A stretch of DNA of 34,425 nucleotides from Selaginella moellendorffii (lineage: Eukaryota; Plantae; Lycopodiophyta): NCBI RefSeq assembly GCF_000143415.4, contig NW_003314412.1, forward strand, positions 149,443 through 183,867. Direction: 5' to 3'. Made by a program: the position numbers and the translations under genes. Numbering within the stretch: the first letter of the stretch is position 1; the number at the start of each line of letters is the position of its first letter. The notes under the pieces are model-generated. The model was not told the DNA's origin, did not search any database, and was given only the letters and a program-made list of their open reading frames with translations. Shown here in pieces: positions 22,970 to 34,425 of the stretch.

Positions 22970-23030
22970 AATTGAGCTCAACTCATGAGTTCAACTCTTC
23001 AACTCGTGAGCTCAAGTATGGTCCGCGCTC
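22970..23030. repeat. Candidate right terminus of the element with nested short palindromes
   Basis: ttgagctcaa, aactcatgagtt, tgagctca, ending ...tatggtccgcgctc immediately before LTR-A sequence resumes. Confidence 0.45.
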
Positions 23031-23464
23031 TAGGATGGAAGTGGGGGAATAGGGGTACCCATATTGGGCCGTTAGGCCACAGTGTTTTCCCCCAATGTCC
23101 CAAAACAAATGTTGCACCCAAGGCTTGGGATTTATAGGGTCCTATGAACAAGTTTTGCTATATCAAGGGATGTTAAGAACTTGGTGGCTTAGTGTGGTTG
23201 GCTGTTTGTGCCTACGAGGAGTGTAGTCAAACCTTAAGTCTAGTCTAACCTGGGGAGGGGTATTGGGAGAGATTTGGGAATTTGTGAATGGATGGCTAAT
23301 GCTCCGTTACTCGTGCAATGAGTAGTTGAAACCAAGTAGGACTAAATAGGAGTTGGTATAATAAGCATGAACCTTGGTGGGGGAACTTAATTAAGGCCAA
23401 AGCAGTGTTGGTCGGATAGATAAGGTAAGTTGGCAAATTGGAAAAGAAAAATTTATGGCTTACA
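23031..23464 (+). mobile_element. 3' fragment of LTR family A
   Basis: Matches ~30283-30716 and ends GGCTTACA; transposase sequence (PFVFKMS) resumes at 23465. Confidence 0.88.
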
Positions 23465-25005
23465 ACCCTTTCGTCTTCAAAATGTCTACACAGGCCTTGC
23501 CTTTGGTGTAGATCTTCTCTCCTGAATGGACATGTTTGGGTCTAGTGACCTTGCAAATGCATGGGTACATTTTGACCATATGGAGCATGTATCAGATTGG
23601 ACAACCATGGGACTTTATGTGTATGATCCAAGGTAATTTTTATTCTCATTATACTGAAATTGTTGTAATATTTGTGTTTTTATGAGCTACATTGTAACTT
23701 GAAAATTATGACAATAGAGTTTAAAGTACAAGACCAGATAGCCCAAGAAATAATTTGGAAGTCCCTCTCTGATATTGTCCTAAAGCGGACTAGTAAGCCT
23801 ACAAACTTTCATGGTTTCATGGTAGATGGGGCTAGTGCAAATTGAAATGATGTCCTAGTAGTTTTTGGGAATGGTCAGCCATTGGAAAGTCTTGAGAGGA
23901 CTTATGAGTTCCATTAGACTCAAAGCCTAGGCCAACACTGTCATTTTATTAAGCTAGAGTTTCAATCAATGTTTAAGGAGTTGTGCAAACATGGCAGGTT
24001 GCACCTTCTGAAGAAGAGTGTGGGGTAAAAGCAAATGAAATCCAAATGTGGTGGCATGAAGATGGCCATATAGATGTAAATTGTTTACCACAACTTGAGT
24101 CATTGTTAGGGTGGTGGGAAGTTAGGATGTTCCAATGGGGACATCACTCTTTTCAGGTTGGTTTCTATTTTTTTTCCTCATTTTATTATCTCTTAATATT
24201 GCCTTTTCCATTAGGATCAACCACTTAAGAACCTCGTATACACTCCAATTGTGAATCTCTCTGAAAATAAACATTCCTCTAAGGCAGGAAAAAGGGAAGA
24301 TGAGTCTATACGAAGCCTATCTATTAGATTTGATACGCACTATAGAGCAATCTTCAAAAGCACTAGTATTCAAGGAAAGAAGATATGTGAAAATAAGACT
24401 TTCTATTGAGATGTTACAGAATAGGATGAAGAAAAAATTAACTCCACCCACCTAAACAATAGCAAATGTAGTTGAGGAAGTGGTATGTGGCACATCTATG
24501 AAGTACACTCCCCAAACTTCTAGTGGTGATATAAAGATTGTTCGCTCAAAGTGTCGTTTTTTCCTTTGCTGATGAAGATGTTGGCATGGACCTTGGAGTA
24601 AAAAGCTCTCACAAGCCTGATGTTAAGTACCATTTTACTCCAAGACACTGCTCTTAGACCGAGCTGCCTCAAGTGGCTAATGAAGAGAGTGTATCACAAT
24701 AGGTTGAAACTGCTTACCATAGCATAAAGTTGAAACAATGGGCAATCTGACGCATGCTAGTAAAATCGAATGTAAGGTGTGTGGGGATGCTTTTGAGGGG
24801 CAAGTGTTGGGCTTGGATTCTGATGATAAATTTGTTTTTGTTCTAGCCCCATTTTTCTATGGGGAACGAAAGCAAGCATAATTTTTGAGATGGTGCTGGC
24901 TATATTGTTGCACACTGATGCCAACCATATGAAGCGGCTTGAAGACACTATAATGACTAAACCTTATGCAGTACTTAAAGAATGGTTAGTTGCTAATATG
25001 GTTGT
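23465..25005 (+). pseudogene. Old MULE copy: transposase, third segment (DDE core)
   Basis: Colinear with ~19916-21468; many C>T and G>A stops. Confidence 0.92.
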
Positions 25006-25513
25006 TGTCACGAATGTGACTTTGGGTATCAAAAGTTACCTGTCGGCTAATCCTTTCAGATACTCTTTCCTTACTACCACGACGGCAAGAGGTTGGTATT
25101 GCTGGATCCTTTATTAGTCTCTGCCTAAGCTAATTGAGAAATTGGTCCTCACGTGTGTACTTGACCAGATGAGCATAAGGACAGAATTCCTAAGTGCTAT
25201 TAGTCAAGTATACTTGACTTAGTTAGAGAAACTCATTTGTTAACTTGCACTTGCTAGTGTTAGGAACCCCCACGATATTGAGATTGGTCCCTCAATATTT
25301 GCAAGATGATAGCTTACTGTGTCTGCCAAACACCCTTGCTATCATGCCTTTTGTGTTAGTCTCATTTTGGTCCTAAATGGTATTTATGGAAAGTGTCTAG
25401 ATTTGTTCATTTGGCATGTCTACAGAATGTAGAGATTGTTCTGAACACAATGGTATTCGTCCCATGCCAAATTCGCAATCTAGGGATATTCCATATTTAA
25501 TAAGTTTCAAGCT
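25006..25513 (+). mobile_element. 5' part of the family B LTR (partner of 1289-1874)
   Basis: Starts TGTCACGAATGTG; reverse complement of 31647-32157. Confidence 0.85.
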
Positions 25514-26526
25514 ATAAAAATCCATAGTGAAATATAATTGAAATTTAAATAGAGCAATAAGAAGAATATCAACAATGTATAAAATAAATTTAAATTCTAT
25601 AGCAAATTAAACATGTGTAAGTGTGACAATATTAATATTACTATTATCTATTATAATATCTGATGCATGTATACACATAGATCCAAGGAAGGATTTTCAG
25701 CATGTGAAGTATGATACTCAATAATGATATCAGTAATGAGATTCTACTATAGCATGTCAATCCAAGAGATCCAATCTGACTGTTAGCACATGTGATGTGT
25801 TAAGTTGTCAAATTTTAAGTGGTAGATGATAATAAATTTTGTCAAATCTTATTCTTCAATAACATATTTGATTCATGGTACAACTCAAGTTTTATACATA
25901 ATTGTGAACACTGCTCAATGACATTTAAAGCACGTGCCTATTGTTTAGGATCTAATACAACACAAAATAAATTTCTGGATGAGGATTCATCCATTCATAG
26001 ATGGATATAGTACAACATATTTTAACATGCCTTATTTATACTCTTTAAATCTCTTGTAACAATTCCAACATATGCATAAAATATTGATGAGAATGCATCC
26101 TTTCTAGATAATTTTAAAAAAATAATATCATATCTCTAATAACAAAAATGTTGATAAGTGCTAGTTATATCATCATTAAAATATACAAAATAAAGAACCA
26201 TAATTCACATATAATAATAATGATAAGATAAAATAAGATCAAAGATATTGTAATGGTTGAGATTTAGGTTATTCAGAATGAATGGCCAGGACGAGAGATT
26301 GGTTAGGGTTAGGGCAGCTATCAGGATTAGGGTTAGAGTAGCTGCCAAGATTGAGTGGAGCACATAAGAGATTGAGGGATTAAGCACGAAGGAGATTGAG
26401 GAATTGAGCGTGCAAGAGATCGAGGGATTGAGTGTGGAGCACGCAAATGCGAGAGATTGAGTGTGCAAGTGGGAGAGATTGAGTGTGGGAGAGTGCAAAA
26501 GATGGAGTGCACCAGTGTGAACATGA
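25514..26526 (-). mobile_element. Old MULE copy: intergenic/promoter region upstream of the transposase, inverted
   Basis: Reverse complement of ~17500-18477; continues at 30717-31027. Confidence 0.9.
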
Positions 26527-29500
26527 TATAAGGAATTGACTCCCCGAGGTGTTGCAAAAGGATCTTCGAAGGCACATTCGAAATGATAAAGAATTCATCA
26601 TATGGGACCGAGTCTGAAATCGAGTCCAAGACCGACTCTAAGACCGAGTTCAAGATAGAGTCCAGGATTGAGTCCGAGGTTGACTCCAAGACCAAGTTCG
26701 AGATTGAGTCCCAAACCGAGTTTGAGACCGAGTCCAAGATCCAAGATTGGGTCCGAGATCAAGTTCGAGGTCGAGTCCGAGACAGAGTTTGAGATCAGGT
26801 TTGAGACCGAGTCCGAGGTTGAGTCTGAGATTGAGTCCGAGACCAAGTCCAAATACTAATATAGGTAGAGTGGTGAAAGCCCAAAGTGTGTGTCTCCCTT
26901 GCATGAGGAGGACTCTAGTGAGGAAATTTCCAAACAGGAGTCTGGTGGTGAGGTTCAGTCGTCCAAGGCTTGATTGGATGTTTTAGAAGGACAACTGGAA
27001 CAGACCAATGCCCTGCTAGAGACTCTCATACACAAACTAAAGAGTGACGAAAAGCAGAAGAAAAAGTGAAAAACTGCGGATACTAGCAGTGTAGAAGGTG
27101 CGAACCCTTTGGCAGGGACTAAGGCGGAACTAAATAAGGTTGAACAGACTGAAGTAGAATCAATCCCTCAAGTAGTTCCCAAGTACAAACCAAAGCCCCC
27201 CATTGGTCTTCAAGGGAGTGAATGACTATAAGGTGGTAGAGGATTAGTTTTACAATATGGAAGATTACTTCCGAGCATTGCGGTTACTGAGCTCAGAAAA
27301 CATCCCATGTGCAAAACCATACTTGGAAAATAATGCCAAGTCTTGGTGGAGAACAACAAAGGCCAACGAATAGGAGGGACTAGTGGCCACTTGGGAAATG
27401 ATGAAAGTGNNNNNNNNNNNNNNNNNNNNNNNNNNNNNNNNNNNNNNNNNNNNNNNNNNNNNNNNNNNNNNNNNNNNNNNNNNNNNNNNNNNNNNNNNNN
27501 NNNNNNNNNAAATACTATGCTGGAGGATGACTGACGGGGTTACCCCCTGGAATGACCGATAGAACATAAAATCAAGCTAGTCGAGGGTGCTAAGTCAGTG
27601 GTTCGTCCCCTCTATCAGTTGAACGAAAAGGAATTCAAGGAGCTCAAATGCCAACTTGAGGAGTTGGTGGATAAAGGGTATGTTAGGTTTAGCAAGTCAC
27701 CGTATGGTGCACCAGTGTTATTTTTCAAAAAGAAAGATGGATCTATGTGCATGTGCATAAATTACCAGTTACTCAACAAATATACGAAGAAGAACAAGTA
27801 CCCTTTACCAGGGATTGAGGACTTATTTGATAGGTTGGGAAAAGTAAAATACTTCTCGAGGATCAACCTAAATTTAGGATATTACTAGATTAGGGTAGTA
27901 TAGGAAGATGTCGAGAAGACAACCTGTCAGACAAGATATAGGAGCTTTGAGTTTCTGGTGATGCCCTTTGGGTTATGCAATGTGCCAGCAACATTTTTGG
28001 TGTTCATGAACCATATTTTTGTACCCTATTTAGATCACTTCGTGGTTGTCTATATTGACGACATCCTGATAGCGAGACACTAGAGGACCATGCCAAACAC
28101 TTGGCAAAGGTGTTTGAAAAACTAAAGGAACACAAATTGTATGCTAAAGAGAGCAAATGTAACTTTGCTCAACAAGAAGTAAAGTTTCTTGGGCATGTGG
28201 TAGGCAAGGATGGGCTCAAGGTAGACCCTAAGAAGGTCCAGGCGATCTAGGAATGGGAGCAACCATCAAATGTACATGAGTTGAGAGCATTTTTGGGGCT
28301 ATGCAACTACTACCAAAAGTTTATCAAACATTATTCAAGAGTAACCTTGCCCTTAACAGACCAAACGGGAAAAGGGAAGATGGTATGGACAGCAGAATGC
28401 GAGGTGGCATTTGTCCACCTCAAAGGGAAGTTGAGGAAGACTCCCGTGTTGGTGTTACTAGACTTTGGTAAGGACTTCGAGGTAGAAACAGATGCTTCAA
28501 ACTTTGCATTAGGTGCAATTTTGAAGCAAGACAACCATCCAGTAGCATTTTTCTCAAAGAAGTTGGACAAGGCTCAACGAAAGTGGCCTGCCCACGAAAA
28601 GGAAATGTTTGCGGTGGTCAAGGCGTTCAAAGAGTGGCAACACTACTTTGGGAGACACTTCAAAGTTTACACAGATAATGTGGCAATGAGACACTTCTTG
28701 TCATAACTCGACCTAAGAGGGAAACAAGGTCGGTGGGCCAATGCTTTGGCCAAGTTTGATTGCGAGATTCTGTATAAACCTGGGAAGAGTTCCTTCTTGA
28801 GTTCCTTAAGTAGGTTCACGGGGCCTTACGAGATTGAGGCATGAATTGGTAAGGTGGCTTACTGCCTCCAACTTCCTTGAGAGATGGGGACGATACACTC
28901 TGTGTTCCATGTGAACTTACTTAAGCCATACTTTGAGGATTCATTTCGCAAGGACCAAGTAAGACCTTTACCTGAGGGGGAAGAGGAATATGAAGTCGAG
29001 GCCATCCTCAATGCACGCAAGAATAAGCGACAAGGACGTGAGGTGAGGGAGTTTCATATGAAGTGGAAAAGATTTCCACTCTATGATGCAATATGGGAAC
29101 CGAAGGAGAACCTAGCGAGCACGTGGGATCTAGTGAATGAATTTCTACAAAGTAGAACTCTATATAAATATGCAAAGTTCAATTAAAGAATCTATTTTGA
29201 GAAATTGAGCAATGTTATATATTGGGACCCGAAGACGTGCCGAAGGTAAGTTAATTAGCATGGGTTAGCAAAGCCGATCAAGTGTAGGGAACTACGCCCG
29301 ACTCCCTATGGGGATGTCAAATCCGTAAACGTATCCTACAGAGGTTGGGTTTGAGTCCCAACCTCCTAGTAAAGCAAGGTTAAGTTCAAGTCCCAACCCC
29401 ATACTAGGGCATGGTGAGGTGAAAGGTATAGGGACACCTATATTCCGTTGTCATGGGCTCTTGGCTAGGGAGGCTAACCTAGGCACACTGCTAAATGGGG

Positions 29501-30716
29501 GAATGGCCCCAGAGACATGGTCAATAAGTTCTAGTATTAAAAAGAGACATTTGATGTGGGCATCAAACTTCTTCTATGGGTGGTGGAGTTGTAAGGAACT
29601 GACTCCCCAAGGTGTCATAGGATGAAGGATCCCTGAAGGCATGATCGAAATGATAAAGAGTTCGTTAGATGGGACCAAGTTTGAGGTTGAGTCCAAAACC
29701 GACTCTGAGACCGAGTTCGAGATAGAATCCGGGGTCAAGTCCAAGGCTGACCCCGAGACCGAGTTCAAGATGGAGTTTGAGATCGAGTTTGAGACCGAGT
29801 CCGAGATCCAAGATTGGGTCCAAGACCGAGTCCGAGGTTGAGTCCGAGATTGGGTCCGAGATCGGGTCCGAGATTGAGATCAAGACCGAGTCCAAGATCG
29901 AGTCCGAGACCAAGTTCAAATACTAATACAGGTTGAGGGGTGAAAGCCCAAAGTGTGTGTCTCCTAGGGGGGGGGGGGGATGTTGTAGGGGGTTCCAAAA
30001 GTATAGGTGGTATAGTGAGGTTCAGGAATTAGTCTTGAAAGAACTCTCCAATGGTGCTTCCAAACTGACATGAGGTTGAGATTGGGGCCAAGGGGCCTTG
30101 GGTGGGAGTGAGCATGGACTCGGGTAGTGCAAAAGGGACCACCCAAATAAGTGCTCAAAAGTAACTTCCACTCTCGGAAGGGAAACCGACTACAGTGCTC
30201 ATGACTCATGTGGAGTGGTGCCCCACTTGAGTACCTTATAGCTCATTGGTCCTCGCCCTTCCTAGGGGCTTGGGCCTTCCCTTCAGAATGAAAGTGGGGG
30301 AGTAGGGGTACCCATACCGGGCCGTTAGGCCACAGTGTTTCCCCCTGGCATCCTGAAGCAAGTGTTGCACCCAAGGCTTGGGATTTAGAGGGTCCTATGA
30401 TCAAGTCTTGTTGTATTAAGGGATGTTAGAAACCTGGAGGCTTGGGGTGCTTGGTTGCTTATGCTTGCAGGGAGTGTAGCCAAACCTTAAGTCCAGTCTA
30501 ACCTAGGGAGGGGGATTGGGAGAGATTGGGAATCCGTGGATGGATGGCTAACACTTCATTACTTGTGCAGTGAGTAGATGAAACCAAGTAAAATCAAGTA
30601 AGAGCTGGTACAATAGGCAGGAACCTTGGTGAGGGAATTTAGCTAAGGCCAAGGCGGTGTTGGTTGGATAAACGAGGTAAGCTGGCAAATTGGAAAGGAA
30701 ATATTTATGGCTTACA
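26527..30716 (+). mobile_element. Decayed Ty3/Gypsy chromovirus (LTR family A): truncated 5' LTR 26527-~26898, gag, RT, RNase H, chromodomain, PPT, 3' LTR 29590-30716
   Basis: [22 protein letters not shown] (~28051), ETDASNFALGAIL, EYEVEAIL...KWK...WEPKENL. 3' LTR runs TGTAAG...CTTACA. Flanks catga/cacaa fit a deaminated CACGA TSD. Integrase core missing. Confidence 0.93.
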
Positions 30717-30877
30717 CACAAGTTGAGATTAAAAGTGAGAGAGTGAAAGAGTGAGAGAGTGCAAGAAATCAAACACGATCAAGAGACCGGAAGGAAAGAT
30801 GCCACCAAGGGTGAGTTTCGATTTGATTCCTTTCACTTCCATGTTTTTTCTTCTTGCTTTTGTCACCTTCTGTTGCC

Positions 30878-32425
30878 AGCCCAAGCTCGACCTTGGGCAC
30901 TTTAGCCGCCCGAGGGGCCGATGTTATTTGAATAACCTTGGCCCCTCGAGCAGCCAAAGTGCCTGAGGTGGCCCGCCCGAATTCGACCTTAGGCACTTTG
31001 GCTGCCCAAGGGGCCGAAGTTATTCAATGTGGCATATGTGGTTTTAACCCTTTATCCTATGGTGATTTACAATAGGATAACACCACGAAGCGGAACCTAA
31101 ACCCTCTATGTGCCACATGTCATATGCCATGTGTCACATGCCATGTGTCCATAGGATAGTGGTGTGGAACCCAAGGTTCAAGGCCTTGGGCCACTAAACA
31201 AAGGAACGGTGCCAAACTCCCAAGCATGGAGCCAAGGATTGACAGAACTGGACCATGGAGCAACTCTCGAACATACAGCCTAAGGAGCGAAGAGACAGGG
31301 GCACGGAGCGACTTGGAACAATCCTAGAGTATCCAGCATCCCAATGCTAGGACTAATATGCAAAATGGAGCCAAATAGAGTTTGGTGTTGTTTCAGCATA
31401 CCGGTGGCTGGGTATTCCACCAGCTAGCATGGTGTGGAGCTTGGGCTTAGACCCAATCCAAATGCAGAATAAGGACAAACACACAAATGAGAGCTAGACT
31501 ATACCATAGGTTGGTTGGCCATGCCCAACCTACCCACTATCCCTACTATACATTTGGAACCCCCCACAGCCCCCCCTTTTGAGGAACATACACTTTGGGC
31601 TTTCACCCCAAGCCTCCCTTAGTATCAGGAGTTAGTCTCTGGGACAAGTTCGAAACTTACTAAATATGGAATGGTACTAGATTGCAAATTTGGACACAGG
31701 ACGAACAAGATTGTGTTCAGGTCAATCTCTACATTCCGTAGATATGCCAAATGAGCAAATTTGGACATTTTCCATAAATAACATTTGGGACCAAAATGAG
31801 ACTAACATAAAGGGCATGATAACGAGGGTGTTTGGCAAATACGGTAAGCTATCATCTAGCGATATTGAGGGACTAGTCTCAATACGCGAGGGTTCTTGTC
31901 AAGCCAGTGCAAGATAGAGCAAAAGAGAACTAAAAAGCCAGGCCAAGTATGCTTGGCTGAATAGACACTTAGGAATTCCATCCTTATGCTCATCCAGCCA
32001 AGTACAAATGCAAAGTCCAGTTTACTAACACTTGAACAAGAGGGGCTGATAAAGGGTCCAGCAATACCAACCTCCTGCCATCATAGCAATAAAGAAAGAG
32101 TGTTCGTATGGACTAGCCGACAGATAACTTTCGATACCTAAAGTCACATTCACAACATTCAAATAACCTCAGCCCCTTAGGCGGCCAAAGTGCCCGAGGT
32201 GGCCCGCTCGAGCTTGACCTTAGGCACTTTGGCCACCCGAGGGGCCGAGGTTATTTGAATAACCTTAGCCCCTCGGATGGCCAAAGTGCCCAAGGTCGAG
32301 CTCGGGCCAGCCACCTGGGGCACTTTGGCCATTCAAGGGGCCAAGGTTATTTGAATAGCCTTAGCCCCTTGGATGGCCAAAGTGCCTGAGATCGAGCTTG
32401 GGCTGGCCACCTCGGGCACTTTGGC
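30878..32425. repeat. Old copy of the 96-bp palindromic array (30878-31027 and 32158-32425), split by a solo LTR
   Basis: Same unit, including ggggccgaggttatttgaataaccttggcccc and aaagtgcccgaggtgg. Confidence 0.9.
31028..32157 (-). mobile_element. Solo LTR family B (1130 bp) with perfect 5-bp TSD TTCAA
   Basis: TG...CA ends; TTCAA at 31023-31027 and 32158-32162. Confidence 0.93.
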
Positions 32426-33670
32426 GTTGGAGCCAAGAAGACACAAGAAGTTCAATTTAGCATTGACAACAACATCATGATCGACATATCTATTAACACA
32501 TCAACAAAGATGTATTTGCTTAGAGATCCACCGCCTCTACCACTATCACCTCTACCATTACCTCTACCATCACCACCTCCACTACCGCCATCGCCACTCC
32601 ACCACCATTATCACCACTTCCACTACCGCCATCGCCACTCCACCACCACTATCACCACCTTCACCATCACCATTGCCACCACTACTGCCACCATTGCCAC
32701 CACCATTGCCACTATTGCCTCTGCCCCTACTACTGCCATCACCACCACCACTACTACCATTGCCACCACCATTGCCACTATTGCCTCTGCCCCCACTACT
32801 GCCACCACCACCACCACCACCACCCCCACCATCACCACTACCACCTCCACCTTTACTCTTCACTGGCCCACCACAAGCATAAATCTCTAAAGTTAGGCAA
32901 TCTAATGGTGTTCACAATAGGGAACCTAAGGAACAACTTAGAGCTGAAAGAGTTGCAAATCTTCCTGACAATATGGTGGACAAGCGCTTCTAAAAGACTG
33001 TTATGCAGACAAGGGAAAAGGCAGTTCACCAAACACTTGAGGCACTTAAGTGGCTAAGCCCTTGTGACTTGATCAAAGAAATCCCCCTTTGCCATTTTGT
33101 AGCAGACAAACTTTATTCGCACAGCATTCAAGTATGTCAACCCGGACAATGTCACATATAAAGCTTATTCAAACAAAATGGCTTTGTGATGAATATCGGT
33201 ATATTTCTAGTCTCTTTTTGCAAGCTAGGAACAATGGAGATCATTATCATGACACCCAACATTGTGAATAGCTAGGATCCTATTTGGAGGAGGAGGAAGT
33301 CTCTAGATTTTGATAACATGCTTATCAGACATCTTGAGACTCAATAGTTTGCACGGACAATGTTCCAAATTATTGACGGTAACCACCGATATGGGGCTTG
33401 GATGAAATGTATTGACGATCATTTTCACGATGATTCCGTCTACCATATTAATGTTCCAGTCGGCCATGTCTACACGAAGGGACCTTTGGATGTCAATAGA
33501 CTTATCTTAACCTACCAAAAGATCAATGTGTGACTTTTATAATTTTACCTACAATTCCATTTTAACTTGTTTTGTCATGTTTAAATGAAGGCTTGGGTAG
33601 TTTGCTATTCAAAAGCAAAACCTTGTCAATAATATCGAGCAACTTTGATTTTTGGCAGACTTGAATGAGG
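32426..33670 (+). pseudogene. Old copy of the ParB-domain gene (5' half), cut by an LTR
   Basis: Reverse-complement homolog of ~14793-15845; FQIIDGNHRYGAWMKC at ~33363-33410; poly-Pro tract. Confidence 0.88.
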
Positions 33671-34425
33671 TGTAAGCCACAAATTTTTCCTTTCCAATTT
33701 GCTAGCTTACCTCGTCTTTCCGACCAACTCTGCCTTGGCTTGTGCTAAGTTCCCTCGCCAAGGTTCTCGCCTATGGTACCAGCTCCTACTTGGTCCTACT
33801 TGGTTTCAGCTACTCACTGCACAAGTAACGGAGTGTTAGCCATCCATCTACGGATTCCCAAATCTCTCCCAATCCCCCTCCCCGGGTTAGACTGGACTTA
33901 AAGTTCGGCTACACTCCCCGCATGCACAAGCAGCCAAGTACACCAAGCCTCCAGATTCCTAACACCCCTTGGTACCACAAGACTTGATTATGGGACCCTC
34001 TAAATCCCAAGCCTTGGGTGCAGCACTTGCTTCGGGACGTTGGGGCAAAACACCGTGGCCTAACGGCCCGGTATGGGTACCTCTACCCCCCCCACTTCCA
34101 TCCCGAAGGGAAGGCCCAAGCCCCTAGGAAGGGCGAGGACCAATGAGCCACAAGGTACTCAAGTGGGGCACCACTCCACATGAGTCAGGAGCACCGCAGT
34201 CGGTTTCCCTTTCGGGAGTGGGAGTTGCTCTTGAGCACTTCCCTGGGTGGCCCCTCCGACACCACTCAGGCCCATGCTCACTCCCACCCAAGGCCCCTCG
34301 GTCCTAATCTCAACCTCAAGTCAGTTTGGAAGCACCACTGGAGAGTTCCTTCAAGACTGGTTCCTAGACCTCACTATCCCTACTATACTTTTGGAACCCC
34401 CTGCAGCCCCCCCCCCCCCCCCCCC
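33671..34425 (-). mobile_element. LTR family A, minus orientation, relatively young, running off the window
   Basis: Starts TGTAAGCC (reverse complement of the GGCTTACA LTR end); matches 29965-30716 and retains more CpGs. Confidence 0.92.

Larger units (their letters stand above)
11152..23030. mobile_element. Younger MULE-family element with cargo: ZnF gene, ParB-methyltransferase gene, 96-bp palindromic array, transposase, second ZnF gene; left terminus not identified
   Basis: Flanked by the left and right pieces of an LTR-A that itself interrupts the old transposase at one site. Internal order matches the old copy. Confidence 0.7.

Noticed and set aside
23000-23033. Helitron 3' end (CTAG with upstream hairpin)
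   Set aside because: It is not followed by T, TAG is explicable as deaminated LTR sequence (CGG), and there is no Rep/helicase in the window.
26580-26990. S/D/L- and E/T/K-rich ORFs (also 29640-29920)
   Set aside because: They are translations of ~12-bp gagaccgagtcc repeats inside LTR-A.
32477-32890. Extensin-, Gly-rich or Thr-rich protein genes
   Set aside because: They are alternative frames of the poly-Pro triplet tract in the old ParB gene copy.

Overview
Eukaryotic plant DNA, not prokaryotic. The 48-62 bp GT-AG introns and gene content suggest a compact non-seed plant genome such as the lycophyte Selaginella (inference). The window is a nested transposon graveyard built on two copies of one Mutator-like (MULE) element family. 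Both copies have the same layout: an intron-containing gene for a ParB/Srx-domain protein, a 96-bp palindromic tandem array, and a divergently transcribed MULE DDE/SWIM transposase. In the younger copy (~11152-23030) the ParB gene is followed after an N gap by a beta-class amino-(N6A/N4C) DNA methyltransferase SAM motif, and two related small zinc-finger genes point inward. The older copy is split by a ~23.6 kb inversion (1875-25513), by LTR retrotransposon insertions of two families (one a chromovirus), and by a 7.8 kb captured host segment. That segment holds MSH3 fragments, an intact GDSL lipase, an acetate kinase pseudogene and a G/N/Q-rich 3' gene end. The best candidate novel system is a DNA transposon carrying a bacterial/phage-type ParB-methyltransferase together with a palindromic repeat array that it might load on or modify. 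All calls are by eye; no database searches were run.
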